64,000 bases of DNA from an uncultured Acidimicrobiales bacterium (GTDB taxonomy: Bacteria; Actinomycetota; Acidimicrobiia; Acidimicrobiales; Hopanoidiivorantaceae): positions 932,022 through 996,021 of the forward strand of contig OY282367.1 in assembly GCA_958295755.1 (NCBI GenBank), given 5' to 3'. Position numbers and translations under genes: made by a program. The notes under the pieces are model-generated. The model was not told the DNA's origin and did not search any database. It was given only the letters and a program-made list of their open reading frames with translations. The stretch's first letter is position 1, and each line of letters begins with the position of its first letter. This document shows positions 53,352-63,287 of this stretch, piece by piece.

Positions 53352-55637
53352 CTACAGATCAAAGGGTGTGAGCACTACAACTACCGTGTCGGATGACTTT
53401 TGAAGCACTTGTTCTGCTGTGTGACCCAAGAAAATGCGATTGTTGACACGCCGTAGCTGGGCTCCGAGAATAATGAGGTCGGCCTCTTCTGTTTCGCTTA
53501 CTTCTAGAATGCCTTCCGCCGCATTGATGGAATGATGTACAACGCTGCGCGCTTGTGCACCCATCTCTTGGGCAAGCATGAGAGTTTTTCCAAGTATTTC
53601 CTCGCCCTGGTGGACATCTCTATGACTGGTGGTTGCACTTTTAGACGCTGTAGAACGCCGTCTGCCACCATGTCTGAGATCGGGAAACAAGAAGCCTGCG
53701 GGGGCTTTTTCTGACGCTGACCGCTTTTTGGTTTCTCTGGCAGACTTTTCTTCAACAATGTGAGCAAGGGTTACCTGTGTGCCCAGCTGGGAGCTGATAC
53801 TGAATGCAACTTCGCAAGCCATGCGCGTGGTAGATCTGGCAGCGACCGGCACCAGTACTCTGCTAAATGCTGCAGGGTGGCGGTCGCTAGGCGGTCGCAC
53901 AATGAGAATAGGCAGAGTTGAAAGAGTTAACAATTCTTCTGCCATAGGCGATATAGACAGAACCCCTTCTTCGTTTCTAGCTACACCCAAACCAATCACC
54001 CCGTATCCAAGCTGACTCTCAGAAATAATGGCATCTGCTACATCTGGAGATCGCACTGTTCTATGTTCTACTTCTCTCTCATAAAGCACATTTTGCAAAG
54101 GAGTTATATCTATCTCTGAGAGATCTTGGGAGGGTTGCTGACGTCTGTCCCGTGTGTCTCCTCGCTCAGCACCGCGCAAAAAGCGAGTCAGTAATCGCCC
54201 CTGAGATTGATTGACTGTGAAAATCGTGGCACCTGTTTCCAGCGGCCAAGCAAATTGCATCACCTGGGCAGCTCCGATTGATGCCCTTCCGCCACGACTG
54301 GGCAAGAGTATGCGAGAGGTATTAACCAGTAGATTTTCACTCAAGGCTTCCTCGCGCTCCAACCGCTCTATCTCTCCTGGATCGCCGCGCCAGCCTCGCA
54401 CTATCAGCCGCAAAGCTACAGAAGCAAACAGCGACGTAACGATGGGAACTAGCACGATAACGGTGTAGGAAGTTTGGTTAAAGACTCCCAAATCTAGGGC
54501 GACTGTGGCTATGACGATTTCCAGTGCGCCGCGAGCGTTCAATCCAGCTCCCAGAGCCAGCGCGCCGCGGTTTGTGCGATCTGCTAATAACGCCCCCCAG
54601 TAAGTTCCGAAGAACTTCATTCCCATTGCAACCCCAAGGATTACGATTGCCCAAATAAGTGTGTTTGTATCTCCAAGCTCAGATAGATCCACTCGCAAGC
54701 CGGCTAAGGCAAAAAATAGCGGAGCAAAGAAACCTACAGTGATATGCTCAATAAACTCTAAGGCGCGATGATCGAAGAACCGCGAGCGGTTGAGTATTAC
54801 TCCTGCAACAAAGGTACCTAAAACTGCTTCAATGCCTATGTACTGGGTGGCAATCGCAAATAGAAGTGCGGTTGTGAACAAAACTGTGAGTGACCCTTTA
54901 GCAGGGTTCGTTGTGCGCCTCATGCCACGTAGCCAAACATCTATAATCTTCTGCCCAACAGTGAATGCGAAGATAATGAAAATCGTAAGACCGCCGACGG
55001 TGGTTAGAAGGTCGAGCGGATCGAACCGCCCTGAAGCCGCCAAACCACTGAAAATTCCTAGCATGACCCAGCCGATGATATCATTTGCCATCCCTGCGGC
55101 TACGGTGATTTGACCGAAATCTCGCCGCATGAGACCTAAATCGCCAAGTATCTTGGCTACTACCGCCAAAGACGATACGCTCACCGCGAGCATTATGAAA
55201 AGAAGAAATACTATTCTTGAATGCTGTTCGGGATCGTAAAAAGAATCAGGTATGGTAGCCCCAAGCAAAATACCACCGAACATAGGAAACACAAGACTGC
55301 CTGATGTTACATAAGCTGCAGACTTGCCAAGCTTGGTAATAAGACCTAAATCAGTTTCAAATCCAGTCACAACCAACAGAAACGCCAAACCTACCCAACC
55401 CACAGCCAGAATGGCACCTGATTGCAGCTCTTCGCCGGGTAGATACCATTCAAAGCCCTCTGGCCAGACTTTGCCAAAAATAGAAGGCCCTAAGACAACC
55501 CCAGCAGCTAACTCGCCAATGATGCCGGGCATACCGATGCGCCTCATCCCCCATCCGAGCAGACGAGCTAGAAGCACTAAAGAGGCAACCTGCACCCAAA
55601 ATACAAGAAGATGGTGTTCGTCAAGCGGGATTAACAT
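53352..55637 (-). CDS. Cation:proton antiporter (CPA2-like) fused to C-terminal universal-stress-protein-like domains
   Basis: 761 aa. About 420 aa of polytopic membrane domain are followed by two USP-like halves (…ILLPSRGG…, …VLVPVAA…VVVVL). Confidence 0.75.
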   Translation of the reverse strand: MLIPLDEHHLLVFWVQVASLVLLARLLGWGMRRIGMPGIIGELAAGVVLGPSIFGKVWPEGFEWYLPGEELQSGAILAVGWVGLAFLLVVTGFETDLGLITKLGKSAAYVTSGSLVFPMFGGILLGATIPDSFYDPEQHSRIVFLLFIMLAVSVSSLAVVAKILGDLGLMRRDFGQITVAAGMANDIIGWVMLGIFSGLAASGRFDPLDLLTTVGGLTIFIIFAFTVGQKIIDVWLRGMRRTTNPAKGSLTVLFTTALLFAIATQYIGIEAVLGTFVAGVILNRSRFFDHRALEFIEHITVGFFAPLFFALAGLRVDLSELGDTNTLIWAIVILGVAMGMKFFGTYWGALLADRTNRGALALGAGLNARGALEIVIATVALDLGVFNQTSYTVIVLVPIVTSLFASVALRLIVRGWRGDPGEIERLEREEALSENLLVNTSRILLPSRGGRASIGAAQVMQFAWPLETGATIFTVNQSQGRLLTRFLRGAERGDTRDRRQQPSQDLSEIDITPLQNVLYEREVEHRTVRSPDVADAIISESQLGYGVIGLGVARNEEGVLSISPMAEELLTLSTLPILIVRPPSDRHPAAFSRVLVPVAARSTTRMACEVAFSISSQLGTQVTLAHIVEEKSARETKKRSASEKAPAGFLFPDLRHGGRRRSTASKSATTSHRDVHQGEEILGKTLMLAQEMGAQARSVVHHSINAAEGILEVSETEEADLIILGAQLRRVNNRIFLGHTAEQVLQKSSDTVVVVLTPFDL

Positions 55638-55639
55638 AG

Positions 55640-56533
55640 CTATATCTCAAAAGATGCTGTGAGGGGGGCGTGATCGGAGGGTTTGTCTTCTCCCCATGTT
55701 TTGCGTGCATTTCGGTCTAGCACGATCCAGTTCAAATTCTTAGATAGGGGCGCGGATGCCAGAATGTAATCGATTCTCATGCCTTCGCGCCTGTTGAAGC
55801 GGCCGGCGCGATAGTCCCAGTATGTATAAAGCCCGTCGGTGTGCCCGTAGCGATCGCGAAATACATCGTTTAGCCCCCACTCGCAGACTTCACGCAGCTT
55901 TTCTCTTTCGGGAACGCTTACATGAGTGTTGTCGGCAAAAGCTTCTATATCCCAAACATCGTTGTCTGCTGGAGCAATATTGAAATCTCCTGTTACCACA
56001 ACGGGTGCTTCGGGAGACTCTCTCAGATCGAGATGTGCCCGCAGGCAGCTGAGCCAGCGGAGTTTGTAGTGATAGTGAGGGTGATTGAGTTCTCTGCCGT
56101 TGGGTACATACGCACTCGCGACGCGTACTCCCCCACAGGTTGCCCAGATGAGTCTGGCTTCTGGCTCAGCAGCGTTTTGCAGAGTGCCCTGGGCAGCACT
56201 TTGGGAAGTGCTATTGGAAGTGGTATCTGCGGAATCTGCTGAGCCGGCTGAATCAACAGGTGTTTCCATCATCGGAATACCTGATTGTTCATCAAAGTTG
56301 TGAAAATCGTTTTCTAAACCCACTCGCGAGAGAATTGCCACTCCATTCCACTGCCCCTGCCCGCAATGCACCGACTCGTAGCCGAGATTGGCAAACTCAG
56401 CAAAAGGGAAGGCCTCGGTTTTGAGTTTCGTCTCCTGCAAGCAAAGCACGTCAGGCTTGGCTATTTCTATCCAAGCTGTGACATAAGGCATGCGTGCCTT
56501 CAGAGAGTTCACATTCCATGTGGTGATTTTCAT
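55640..56533 (-). CDS. xthA: Exodeoxyribonuclease III
   Basis: MKITTWNVNSLKAR, LCLQETK, and the C-terminal SDHAP. Carries a low-complexity insertion of about 30-40 aa. Confidence 0.9.
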   Translation of the reverse strand: MKITTWNVNSLKARMPYVTAWIEIAKPDVLCLQETKLKTEAFPFAEFANLGYESVHCGQGQWNGVAILSRVGLENDFHNFDEQSGIPMMETPVDSAGSADSADTTSNSTSQSAAQGTLQNAAEPEARLIWATCGGVRVASAYVPNGRELNHPHYHYKLRWLSCLRAHLDLRESPEAPVVVTGDFNIAPADNDVWDIEAFADNTHVSVPEREKLREVCEWGLNDVFRDRYGHTDGLYTYWDYRAGRFNRREGMRIDYILASAPLSKNLNWIVLDRNARKTWGEDKPSDHAPLTASFEI

Positions 56534-56554
56534 GTGCTCTCCTTAACGCTCTAG

Positions 56555-58165
56555 TTAGATATTACGCTCTCGACCCTCCCAATATGGGTCACGCAACCTA
56601 CGCTTATAGAGTTTGCCGTTGGGGTCTCTGGGCATCTCGTCTGTGAAATCCAGCGAACGAGGCCATTTCTGTTTGGCAATTTGATCGTGCAGATGGGCCA
56701 TGATCTGCTCACGGGCTTCATCTTCTGAGAGATCAGCATTGGGCGATAGCTCGACCACTGCTTTAATCTCTTCGCCAAAATCTTCGTTGGGTATGCCGAA
56801 CACCGCCGCATCGCCCACCAAAGGAGACTGCAGCAATGCGCCTTCAATTTCGGCAGGATAGATGTTGACACCGCCGACGATGATCATGTCGTTGCTGCGA
56901 TCGTTCAAGAACAAATAGCCCTCATCGTTGAAATAGCCGATGTCGCCTACTGTGAAGAAATCGCCCAGGCGCGCTTTGGAAGTCTTGTCTTTATCTTTGT
57001 AGTAAGAAAACGACATACCGGGCATCTTCATGTAGATGGTGCCGCTTTGGCCCGTAGGCAGTTCTTCTCCGCTTTCGTCCACTACGATGACCTCCGACCC
57101 AGGCCAGGGCTTACCGACCGTGCCGGGGAACTTCCGCCATTCTTGCGGTGTTACATAGGTGCCGCCGCCTTCAGTGGCTGCGTAATACTCCCAGATAGTG
57201 TCGCCCCACCAGTCGAGCATCTTGAGTTTTGTTTCGGGCGGACAAGGCGCGGCAGCGTGGATCATTCGGCGTAGCGAAGAGACATCGTATTTCTCTTTTA
57301 CTTCGTCGGGCAGCTGCAAAAGACGGTGGAACATCGTGGGAACCATATGGCTCTGGGTGACTTTGCAGCGATCTATTCGCTCCAAAGCTCCTTCAGGCGT
57401 CCATCTGTCCATAAGCACCACGGAGTGCCCCATGTGCAGAGAGGTGGTCGTCCAGACATTCACCGCAGTGTGATATAAAGGTGCTTGAGTGATATGGACA
57501 TTGTCATCGTGTGGCATAATGCCCAGCAGCATAAACAGTCCGCCAGAAGATGCTGCCGACTCGTCGGGGTGCATGTCGACCAGATCTCGTCTGACGCCTT
57601 TGGGGCGACCTGTGGTGCCTGATGTGTAGAACATGAAGGAACCTGTAGAGAGATTTTCGGGGCGGCTAGTGGGCTGACCGGATATGAGATCAGAAAACGG
57701 CTGACAGCCTTGCACAGTGCCTATAGAGAAGCGATTGGGGACATCGGTTTCGCTGATTGCTCGCTCAGCTTCATCTGTGAAGCGGTCACTCACCACGAGG
57801 GCTTTTGTTTCGCTGTCGGTGAGGATATAGGCGATCTCTGGCCCAGCTAGATGCCAGTTGACTGTGGTCACATAAAACCCGGCCTGGTAAGCGGCTAAAC
57901 AGACGGCGATTTGCTCCATGCAGTTGGGTAGCAGAGTTGTAACTTGATCGCCTTTTTGGAGCCCGAGCGACCGCAAGCCGTGCACGATCTGATTGGTGAG
58001 ATCGTATAGCTCGCCTGTGGTCGTCTCGTTATAGTCAGGGTCGACTACAGCGAGGCGGTTTGGTGCTAGTTCTGCTATCTTCCAAAATCCGAGCGTGTCG
58101 GTGATGCCCGGTGTTTCTGAAGGGGTTTCTGAAGATATTTCTGAAGTGGTTTCTGTATCTGGCAT
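56555..58165 (-). CDS. AMP-dependent acyl-CoA synthetase/ligase
   Basis: YTSGTTGRPKGV. The start was moved to ATG 58165, preceded by AAGGAGG. Confidence 0.88.
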   Translation of the reverse strand: MPDTETTSEISSETPSETPGITDTLGFWKIAELAPNRLAVVDPDYNETTTGELYDLTNQIVHGLRSLGLQKGDQVTTLLPNCMEQIAVCLAAYQAGFYVTTVNWHLAGPEIAYILTDSETKALVVSDRFTDEAERAISETDVPNRFSIGTVQGCQPFSDLISGQPTSRPENLSTGSFMFYTSGTTGRPKGVRRDLVDMHPDESAASSGGLFMLLGIMPHDDNVHITQAPLYHTAVNVWTTTSLHMGHSVVLMDRWTPEGALERIDRCKVTQSHMVPTMFHRLLQLPDEVKEKYDVSSLRRMIHAAAPCPPETKLKMLDWWGDTIWEYYAATEGGGTYVTPQEWRKFPGTVGKPWPGSEVIVVDESGEELPTGQSGTIYMKMPGMSFSYYKDKDKTSKARLGDFFTVGDIGYFNDEGYLFLNDRSNDMIIVGGVNIYPAEIEGALLQSPLVGDAAVFGIPNEDFGEEIKAVVELSPNADLSEDEAREQIMAHLHDQIAKQKWPRSLDFTDEMPRDPNGKLYKRRLRDPYWEGRERNI

Positions 58166-58232
58166 TTTCGCCTCCTTATTCCAAATATAGACTAGCCACA
58201 CCCTACGATGAGCATTGCTATAAGCTATAGCT

Positions 58233-58676
58233 ATGACGCAACCTAACACTCTTCAACTACTCTCACATGTGCCAATTTTCTCAGAACTGTCACAGTCTGA
58301 ATTGCGCTCAATCACGCGCCTGATGACCAGCACAAATGTAAAAGAAGGCAGGTCGCTCACCAAGCAAGGTCAGGTGGGGAGGGAGTTCATAATCATTTTG
58401 AAAGGCGAGGCTAGCGTGGTGCAAAACTTTAGAACTGTCGCTACCTTGCGTCCGGGAGATTTCTTCGGAGAGCGTTCTGTCTTGACAGGCGAACCTCGCT
58501 CAGCAACAGTGACGGCTGAAACCGACATGCTAGTTGAAGTCCTTACTCGGCGTGAATTGCTAGCCCTGCTAGACGACAAACCTGTAGTAGCCAAAAAGAT
58601 GCTCATCGGAGTTGTGCGCCGCTACCAAGGGTTGCTGACTTCCCTGCAGAATATCACACAGTCGCCCGTTAGCTAG
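58233..58676 (+). CDS. Stand-alone cyclic-nucleotide-binding domain protein
   Basis: GDFFGERSVLTGEPRSATV; 147 aa; no HTH. Confidence 0.8.
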   Translation: MTQPNTLQLLSHVPIFSELSQSELRSITRLMTSTNVKEGRSLTKQGQVGREFIIILKGEASVVQNFRTVATLRPGDFFGERSVLTGEPRSATVTAETDMLVEVLTRRELLALLDDKPVVAKKMLIGVVRRYQGLLTSLQNITQSPVS

Positions 58677-58712
58677 CTGGCAATCTCAGCTAGTGGCTTG
58701 ATAGCATAGCTG

Positions 58713-59726
58713 CTAGTAAGGCTTCCAATCTGGTTGGCGGCCTTCGCGAAAAGCTCGGCTGGCTTCTGTCATGTTGCCTGTGAAGGTGCCGAGCACTTGT
58801 GTGCGGTTTTCTATTTCCAGAGCGTGACGGTGGCTAGGGGCGTCTAACACAGCGTTTAAGCCGGTTTTTGTCATCCAGACGCCGTATTGATTATTGAGGG
58901 CGATTTCAGCCGCCAAGGACTTTGCTTCACCTAGTAAATCTTCGGCGGAGACTATGCGGTTGACCAGATTGATCCTGGCGGCTTCTTCGGCATCAATCAT
59001 TCTGCCTGTGAGCATAAGCTCGCGGGCATGGCCGACACCTACGATCTTTGGCAACAGGTAGCTCGTCCCTACATCTAAAGACGACAGCCCAACCTTGATA
59101 AAAACCGACCCGAAACGAGCTTGCGGAGAAGCTAGGCGCACATCGCAGTGCAGTGCGATTGCTAACCCTCCTCCTACTGCTGGGCCGTTTACTGCGGCTA
59201 TAACAGGTTGGGGTAATTCGTAGATACGCAACATGAGATTCGCCAAGTCAAGTTGAGCGTCATAGACCCAGCCGACGCGGCTGCGCTCTTCTGGCATCTC
59301 TGCTGTCTGCTTCAAATCTGCGCCTGAGCAAAAGGCTCGTCCGGCTCCGGTCAAGACGACGGCTCGCACGGAACGGTCGACTGCGATTTCGTCTAGGGCT
59401 GCTGCGAAATCGGCGATGAAATCTGGATTTATAGCGTTGAGACTTTCTGGGCGATTCATGGTGAGCACTACTACGCCGTTTTCTTTGGGGCTTCTTAGGA
59501 GCGTGGACGAGGGGCTTGCCTCGGTGGTTGCTTCCTGGTTGCTACCTGCTGCGTTGCTAGTTTCGCTGCCAGTTTGGCTGCTATGTTCCTGGTTCGCTTC
59601 ACTCCTGGCTTCACTGCTAGCTTCATTGCTAGCTTTCTGCTCAGATTTAGGTTGAGTGCTGGGATGGTGCGGCTGTGGCAGAGAAAATCTGGTGTAGTCA
59701 GCACCTTCTGTAGGCTTTTTCGCCAC
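58713..59726 (-). CDS. Enoyl-CoA hydratase/isomerase family protein with a ~75-aa low-complexity N-terminal extension
   Basis: VAAVNGPAVGGGLAIALHCDVRLAS. The N-terminus is rich in S/E/A/T/Q. Confidence 0.82.
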   Translation of the reverse strand: MAKKPTEGADYTRFSLPQPHHPSTQPKSEQKASNEASSEARSEANQEHSSQTGSETSNAAGSNQEATTEASPSSTLLRSPKENGVVVLTMNRPESLNAINPDFIADFAAALDEIAVDRSVRAVVLTGAGRAFCSGADLKQTAEMPEERSRVGWVYDAQLDLANLMLRIYELPQPVIAAVNGPAVGGGLAIALHCDVRLASPQARFGSVFIKVGLSSLDVGTSYLLPKIVGVGHARELMLTGRMIDAEEAARINLVNRIVSAEDLLGEAKSLAAEIALNNQYGVWMTKTGLNAVLDAPSHRHALEIENRTQVLGTFTGNMTEASRAFREGRQPDWKPY

Positions 59727-59773
59727 TATCTGTTATCCCAATGATCTTTCTGCGGTTGCCTTCAGCGGTTGCC

Positions 59774-59830
59774 TATCTCAGACAATTATCTCAGACAATT
59801 ATCTCAGACAACTATCTCAGGCAACTATAG
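59774..59830. repeat. 13-bp tandem repeat TATCTCAGACAAT, about 4.4 units, intergenic
   Basis: tatctcagacaat x2, tatctcagacaac, tatctcaggcaac, tatag. Lies between the ogt stop and the hydratase start. Confidence 0.85.
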
Positions 59831-59850
59831 TCCCATCCCAGCTACGCCGA

Positions 59851-60414
59851 CTATGCGGCTAGCGGAGTTTGGAGTTTGTCTAAAACGCCACGCTCAAATG
59901 CCAATAAATATTTCTTAGCGTCCACTCCCCCGCCATAGTTGCCTATATCACCGCCGCTGCGCACCACACGATGGCACGGCACGACTATAGAAATCGGGTT
60001 TGTAGCCATTGCTGTTCCTGCTGCTCGAGCCGCCCTAGGATTGCCAGCTTCTGTTGCCAACTCACCGTAGGAAAGCGTCTCTCCGTAGCCGATTTCATAG
60101 GCTGCTTCTTGTGCGGCGCGACGAAACCCACTTGTCAATCGCCAATCCAGGGGGATGTTCCAAGTTGTGCGATCTCCTGCGAAATATTCAGACAACTCAT
60201 CAGCTACAGCGGCAAATCCAGAAGTGGAATCATCTCGAAAACGAGCATCGGGAATATGGGTTTCAATTCGCTTCCTAAGGCGGCTCTCAGCCAATTGTTG
60301 ACTGCTTGTATTAGAGCTACCTGCATAGGAGACTGCCAAAAGACCGACTTCCGAACAGCCGATAAGCAGTTGCCCGACCGGAGTGTCGCAATTTCCGAAT
60401 GCTATATATGTCAT
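59851..60414 (-). CDS. ogt: Methylated-DNA--protein-cysteine methyltransferase
   Basis: PCHRVV active site. The start was moved to ATG 60414 (MTYIAFGNCDTPVG). Confidence 0.9.
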   Translation of the reverse strand: MTYIAFGNCDTPVGQLLIGCSEVGLLAVSYAGSSNTSSQQLAESRLRKRIETHIPDARFRDDSTSGFAAVADELSEYFAGDRTTWNIPLDWRLTSGFRRAAQEAAYEIGYGETLSYGELATEAGNPRAARAAGTAMATNPISIVVPCHRVVRSGGDIGNYGGGVDAKKYLLAFERGVLDKLQTPLAA

Positions 60415-60565
60415 TTTGTGGCCTTTCGCAAGAGTTGTGCTTCTATGAGTTGTGCTTCTATCGTGGCTGCCTATTTCAGGTTTTGCCCATTTTAGCTTTT
60501 GTATACTAGTGAGATGAGATAGAGGTGGGCATAAGCGAATTATAGACACTCTGACTTCTCACAGT

Positions 60566-60604
60566 GATATTTAAGCAGGATATTTAAACAGGATATTTGA
60601 GTTG
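60566..60604. repeat. 13-bp tandem repeat (gatatttaaRcag), 3 units, abutting the start of the phosphotransferase gene
   Basis: gatatttaagcag / gatatttaaacag / gatatttgagttg. Confidence 0.7.
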
Positions 60605-61669
60605 ATCATGGCAGAAATTTTAGCAACTGATACACCTGATGGGCAAAGCGACCCTTCTCGCCTTTCAACCTGGCTATCTGAGACGATTGATACTGGCGAA
60701 CCTCCTTTCCATTATGAACTGATCGCTGCTGGTGGCTCCAATCTCACTTATTCTGTAACTGATGCCAACGGACAGCGGTGGGCCTTACGCCGTCCGCCGA
60801 TGACTCACGCTCTCGCAACTGCACACGATATGGGAAGGGAATGGCGCATCATGTCGGCTCTGGGCGAAAATAGCTCGGTACCTGTGCCAGAATGCGTGGC
60901 TTACTGTGAAGACGCTAGTGTGATTGGCGCGCCGTTTTACATGATGAGCTTCATGGATGGACTGATTCTGCGCGACCAACAATCTACCTTGGCTATGACC
61001 GAGGCTGAAGCCAGAGTTGCTACCGACTCGCTCATAGAAGTACAGATAGCCCTTCACACTCTGGATTTGGAAGCAGTTGGCTTGGCTGATCTCGGGCGAC
61101 ACGACAACTATGTAGGGCGACAATTAAAACGGTGGCGAAGGCAAGTACTAGAGGGAGGTTCTAGGGAAGTGCCACTTCACGGCGAGCTGCACGAACGTCT
61201 TGTGACCGCAATGCCACCCGAACGAGAACCCCCTGCCCTAGCACACGGCGACTATAGATTTGACAACTGCGTCTTAGGTGACAACTTCAAGGTGATAGCT
61301 GTTTTGGACTGGGAACTCTGCACCACTGGCAATCCCGTTGCCGATTTTGTGTGGTCGTTGCAGTATTGGGGCGATCCTGAAGACAAGATGAGTTTTCTGC
61401 TTGATCCGCCAACCTTGAACCCTGTATTCATGCGCCGCCAAGAATACTGCAACTTGTACGCCCAACGCAGTGGCTTTGACCTCTCTGACCTCCCCTACTA
61501 CCAGATTTTCTCGTGGTGGAAACAAGCGTCAATAGTGGAGGGTGCTTATGCCCGGCGGCTGGCGGGAGCAGTAGGCGGCATGACACCAACTGGCGATGTT
61601 CACGATATTGCTCGCCGAGTGGATGAAATGCTAGAGCAAGCCTCTGATTGGGCCGATGCCTGGCTGTAG
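60602..61669 (+). CDS. Phosphotransferase (APH/choline-kinase-like) family protein
   Basis: HGDYRFDNCVL (HxDxxxxN) and LDWEL. The likely start is ATG 60608. Confidence 0.82.
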   Translation: MIMAEILATDTPDGQSDPSRLSTWLSETIDTGEPPFHYELIAAGGSNLTYSVTDANGQRWALRRPPMTHALATAHDMGREWRIMSALGENSSVPVPECVAYCEDASVIGAPFYMMSFMDGLILRDQQSTLAMTEAEARVATDSLIEVQIALHTLDLEAVGLADLGRHDNYVGRQLKRWRRQVLEGGSREVPLHGELHERLVTAMPPEREPPALAHGDYRFDNCVLGDNFKVIAVLDWELCTTGNPVADFVWSLQYWGDPEDKMSFLLDPPTLNPVFMRRQEYCNLYAQRSGFDLSDLPYYQIFSWWKQASIVEGAYARRLAGAVGGMTPTGDVHDIARRVDEMLEQASDWADAWL

Positions 61670-61711
61670 AAATGCCCGGCTCTGAAAATGCCTGGCTGTA
61701 GATTTCAGGCT

Positions 61712-61966
61712 TTAGCCTTCAGGCAGAATATCTACTAGCCTGCGACCGCGGCGGGAGCCGTATTGCACTTTGCCTGTGGCTTTGGCAAAGAGGGTGTCGT
61801 CTCCGCCTTTGCCGACATTTTCGCCAGGATGAATCTTGGTGCCACGTTGGCGCACAAGAATAGCACCGGCTGTAGCAATCTGTCCGCTGTGAATCTTCAC
61901 GCCTAGTCGCTTGGATTTAGAGTCGCGTCCGTTCTTGGTGGAGCCTCCACCTTTGGTCTTTGACAT
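61712..61966 (-). CDS. rpmA: 50S ribosomal protein L27
   Basis: [20 protein letters not shown]. Confidence 0.96.
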   Translation of the reverse strand: MSKTKGGGSTKNGRDSKSKRLGVKIHSGQIATAGAILVRQRGTKIHPGENVGKGGDDTLFAKATGKVQYGSRRGRRLVDILPEG

Positions 61967-62086
61967 AATCTTCTGCCTTTCTTTGAAGTGCTTGATGAGG
62001 GTCTCTGAAATGCCTGATATTTGCCTGTGTCAGACTTTGGAGTGATTAGGTGTTTATGGGCGTAGGTGACTGTTTTGTGTAACTCT

Positions 62087-62419
62087 TTACTTGCGTGTGA
62101 TTTCAGTGATCTCTATGCGTGAAAGCTTTTGCCGATGCCCCCAGCGTCGCCGCTGATTGGATTTTGACTTGTAGGTAAAACCTGTTATTTTGTTGGCTTT
62201 CACCTGGTCTTTCACCACTGCTGCAACCTTCACACCTGATAACTCCTCTGGGGTAGCCAACACATCGCCTCCGTCAACTAGCATCACAGGTTGCAACGCT
62301 ACCTTGGAGCCAGCTTCTGAGGTTTTGCCTCCTATGAGCTCCACATCCAAGACCTGCCCAGAGGTGACTTTGTATTGCTTGCCACCCGTTTGGACGACAG
62401 CGTATAGTTGATTGTTCAT
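62087..62419 (-). CDS. rplU: 50S ribosomal protein L21
   Basis: LYAVVQTGGKQYKV. Confidence 0.96.
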   Translation of the reverse strand: MNNQLYAVVQTGGKQYKVTSGQVLDVELIGGKTSEAGSKVALQPVMLVDGGDVLATPEELSGVKVAAVVKDQVKANKITGFTYKSKSNQRRRWGHRQKLSRIEITEITRK

Positions 62420-62699
62420 TTGAAACCTCTATTTAGGAGCGCGGTGCTGCACACCAGTCTTTGTGGTCGTCTCCGGGCAGGGCTTGACACTCTGGGCAAG
62501 GCGATTCAGAATCTTCAAAGAGAAGATCGAAATTGTCGCCTAGTTGTTTCAGTGCCCGTGCTTCCTCGTAGCGGCGGTGTCGTCCCTTCTTCACGAAATA
62601 ACCTCTTGTATTTATTTTTTTGTAGTTTAGCGCAGCATACAGAGTTTGCAGTGTCTAACTTTGCTGTTTTTGATTTGCGGTTTCTAAGATAGCAGTATT

Positions 62700-63287
62700 T
62701 TATGTAGTTTTCGGCATCTCGTCTAGGTCGCGCAGAGATGTCACATCTGAAACTTGGCAGAATTTTACCGCATCTAGCATCTCAATTCCGTCTTTGATAG
62801 ATCTTCCGCCAGATGTAAAAGCCGCCTTAAAAGCAGACAGGCACCTGACCCGCCACGCCCCGTGGAGATACTGCGGAATATCGTCTTCATCCAGTGGCAC
62901 AGCACCATCGGCTTTGGGCTCACAAGCCAGAGCTGCTACTACTTCTCTCACAGAGCTAGCCGAAGCGGAAGGTAAATCGCATGAAAGCACTAGGCATATG
63001 CTTGGAAGTTCGTTGCTAGCTAGGCGTAGGGCAGAAATCAAACCTCCTAGAGGCCCTTCGCCGGGATAGTCGTCTGGCACAGATCGAAAACCCATATTGG
63101 CTAAAGCATCCACATCGCCTCCGATGCTCCAAACCTTAGATGCCCCGGCTTCAAGCAGAGCGAGCAAAGCTATCTTTGCCAGCGGTTGGCCGTTGTGTAG
63201 ATAGGTGGCTTTGTCTTGACCGAATCTGCTACTCGCTCCGCCGCAAAGCACAGCACCCACAAATTCTGAGTTGTCTTTTGGCATCAC
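62700..63287 (-). CDS. mobA: Molybdenum cofactor guanylyltransferase
   Basis: GAVLCGGASSRFGQDKA; 195 aa. Confidence 0.8.
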   Translation of the reverse strand: MMPKDNSEFVGAVLCGGASSRFGQDKATYLHNGQPLAKIALLALLEAGASKVWSIGGDVDALANMGFRSVPDDYPGEGPLGGLISALRLASNELPSICLVLSCDLPSASASSVREVVAALACEPKADGAVPLDEDDIPQYLHGAWRVRCLSAFKAAFTSGGRSIKDGIEMLDAVKFCQVSDVTSLRDLDEMPKTT

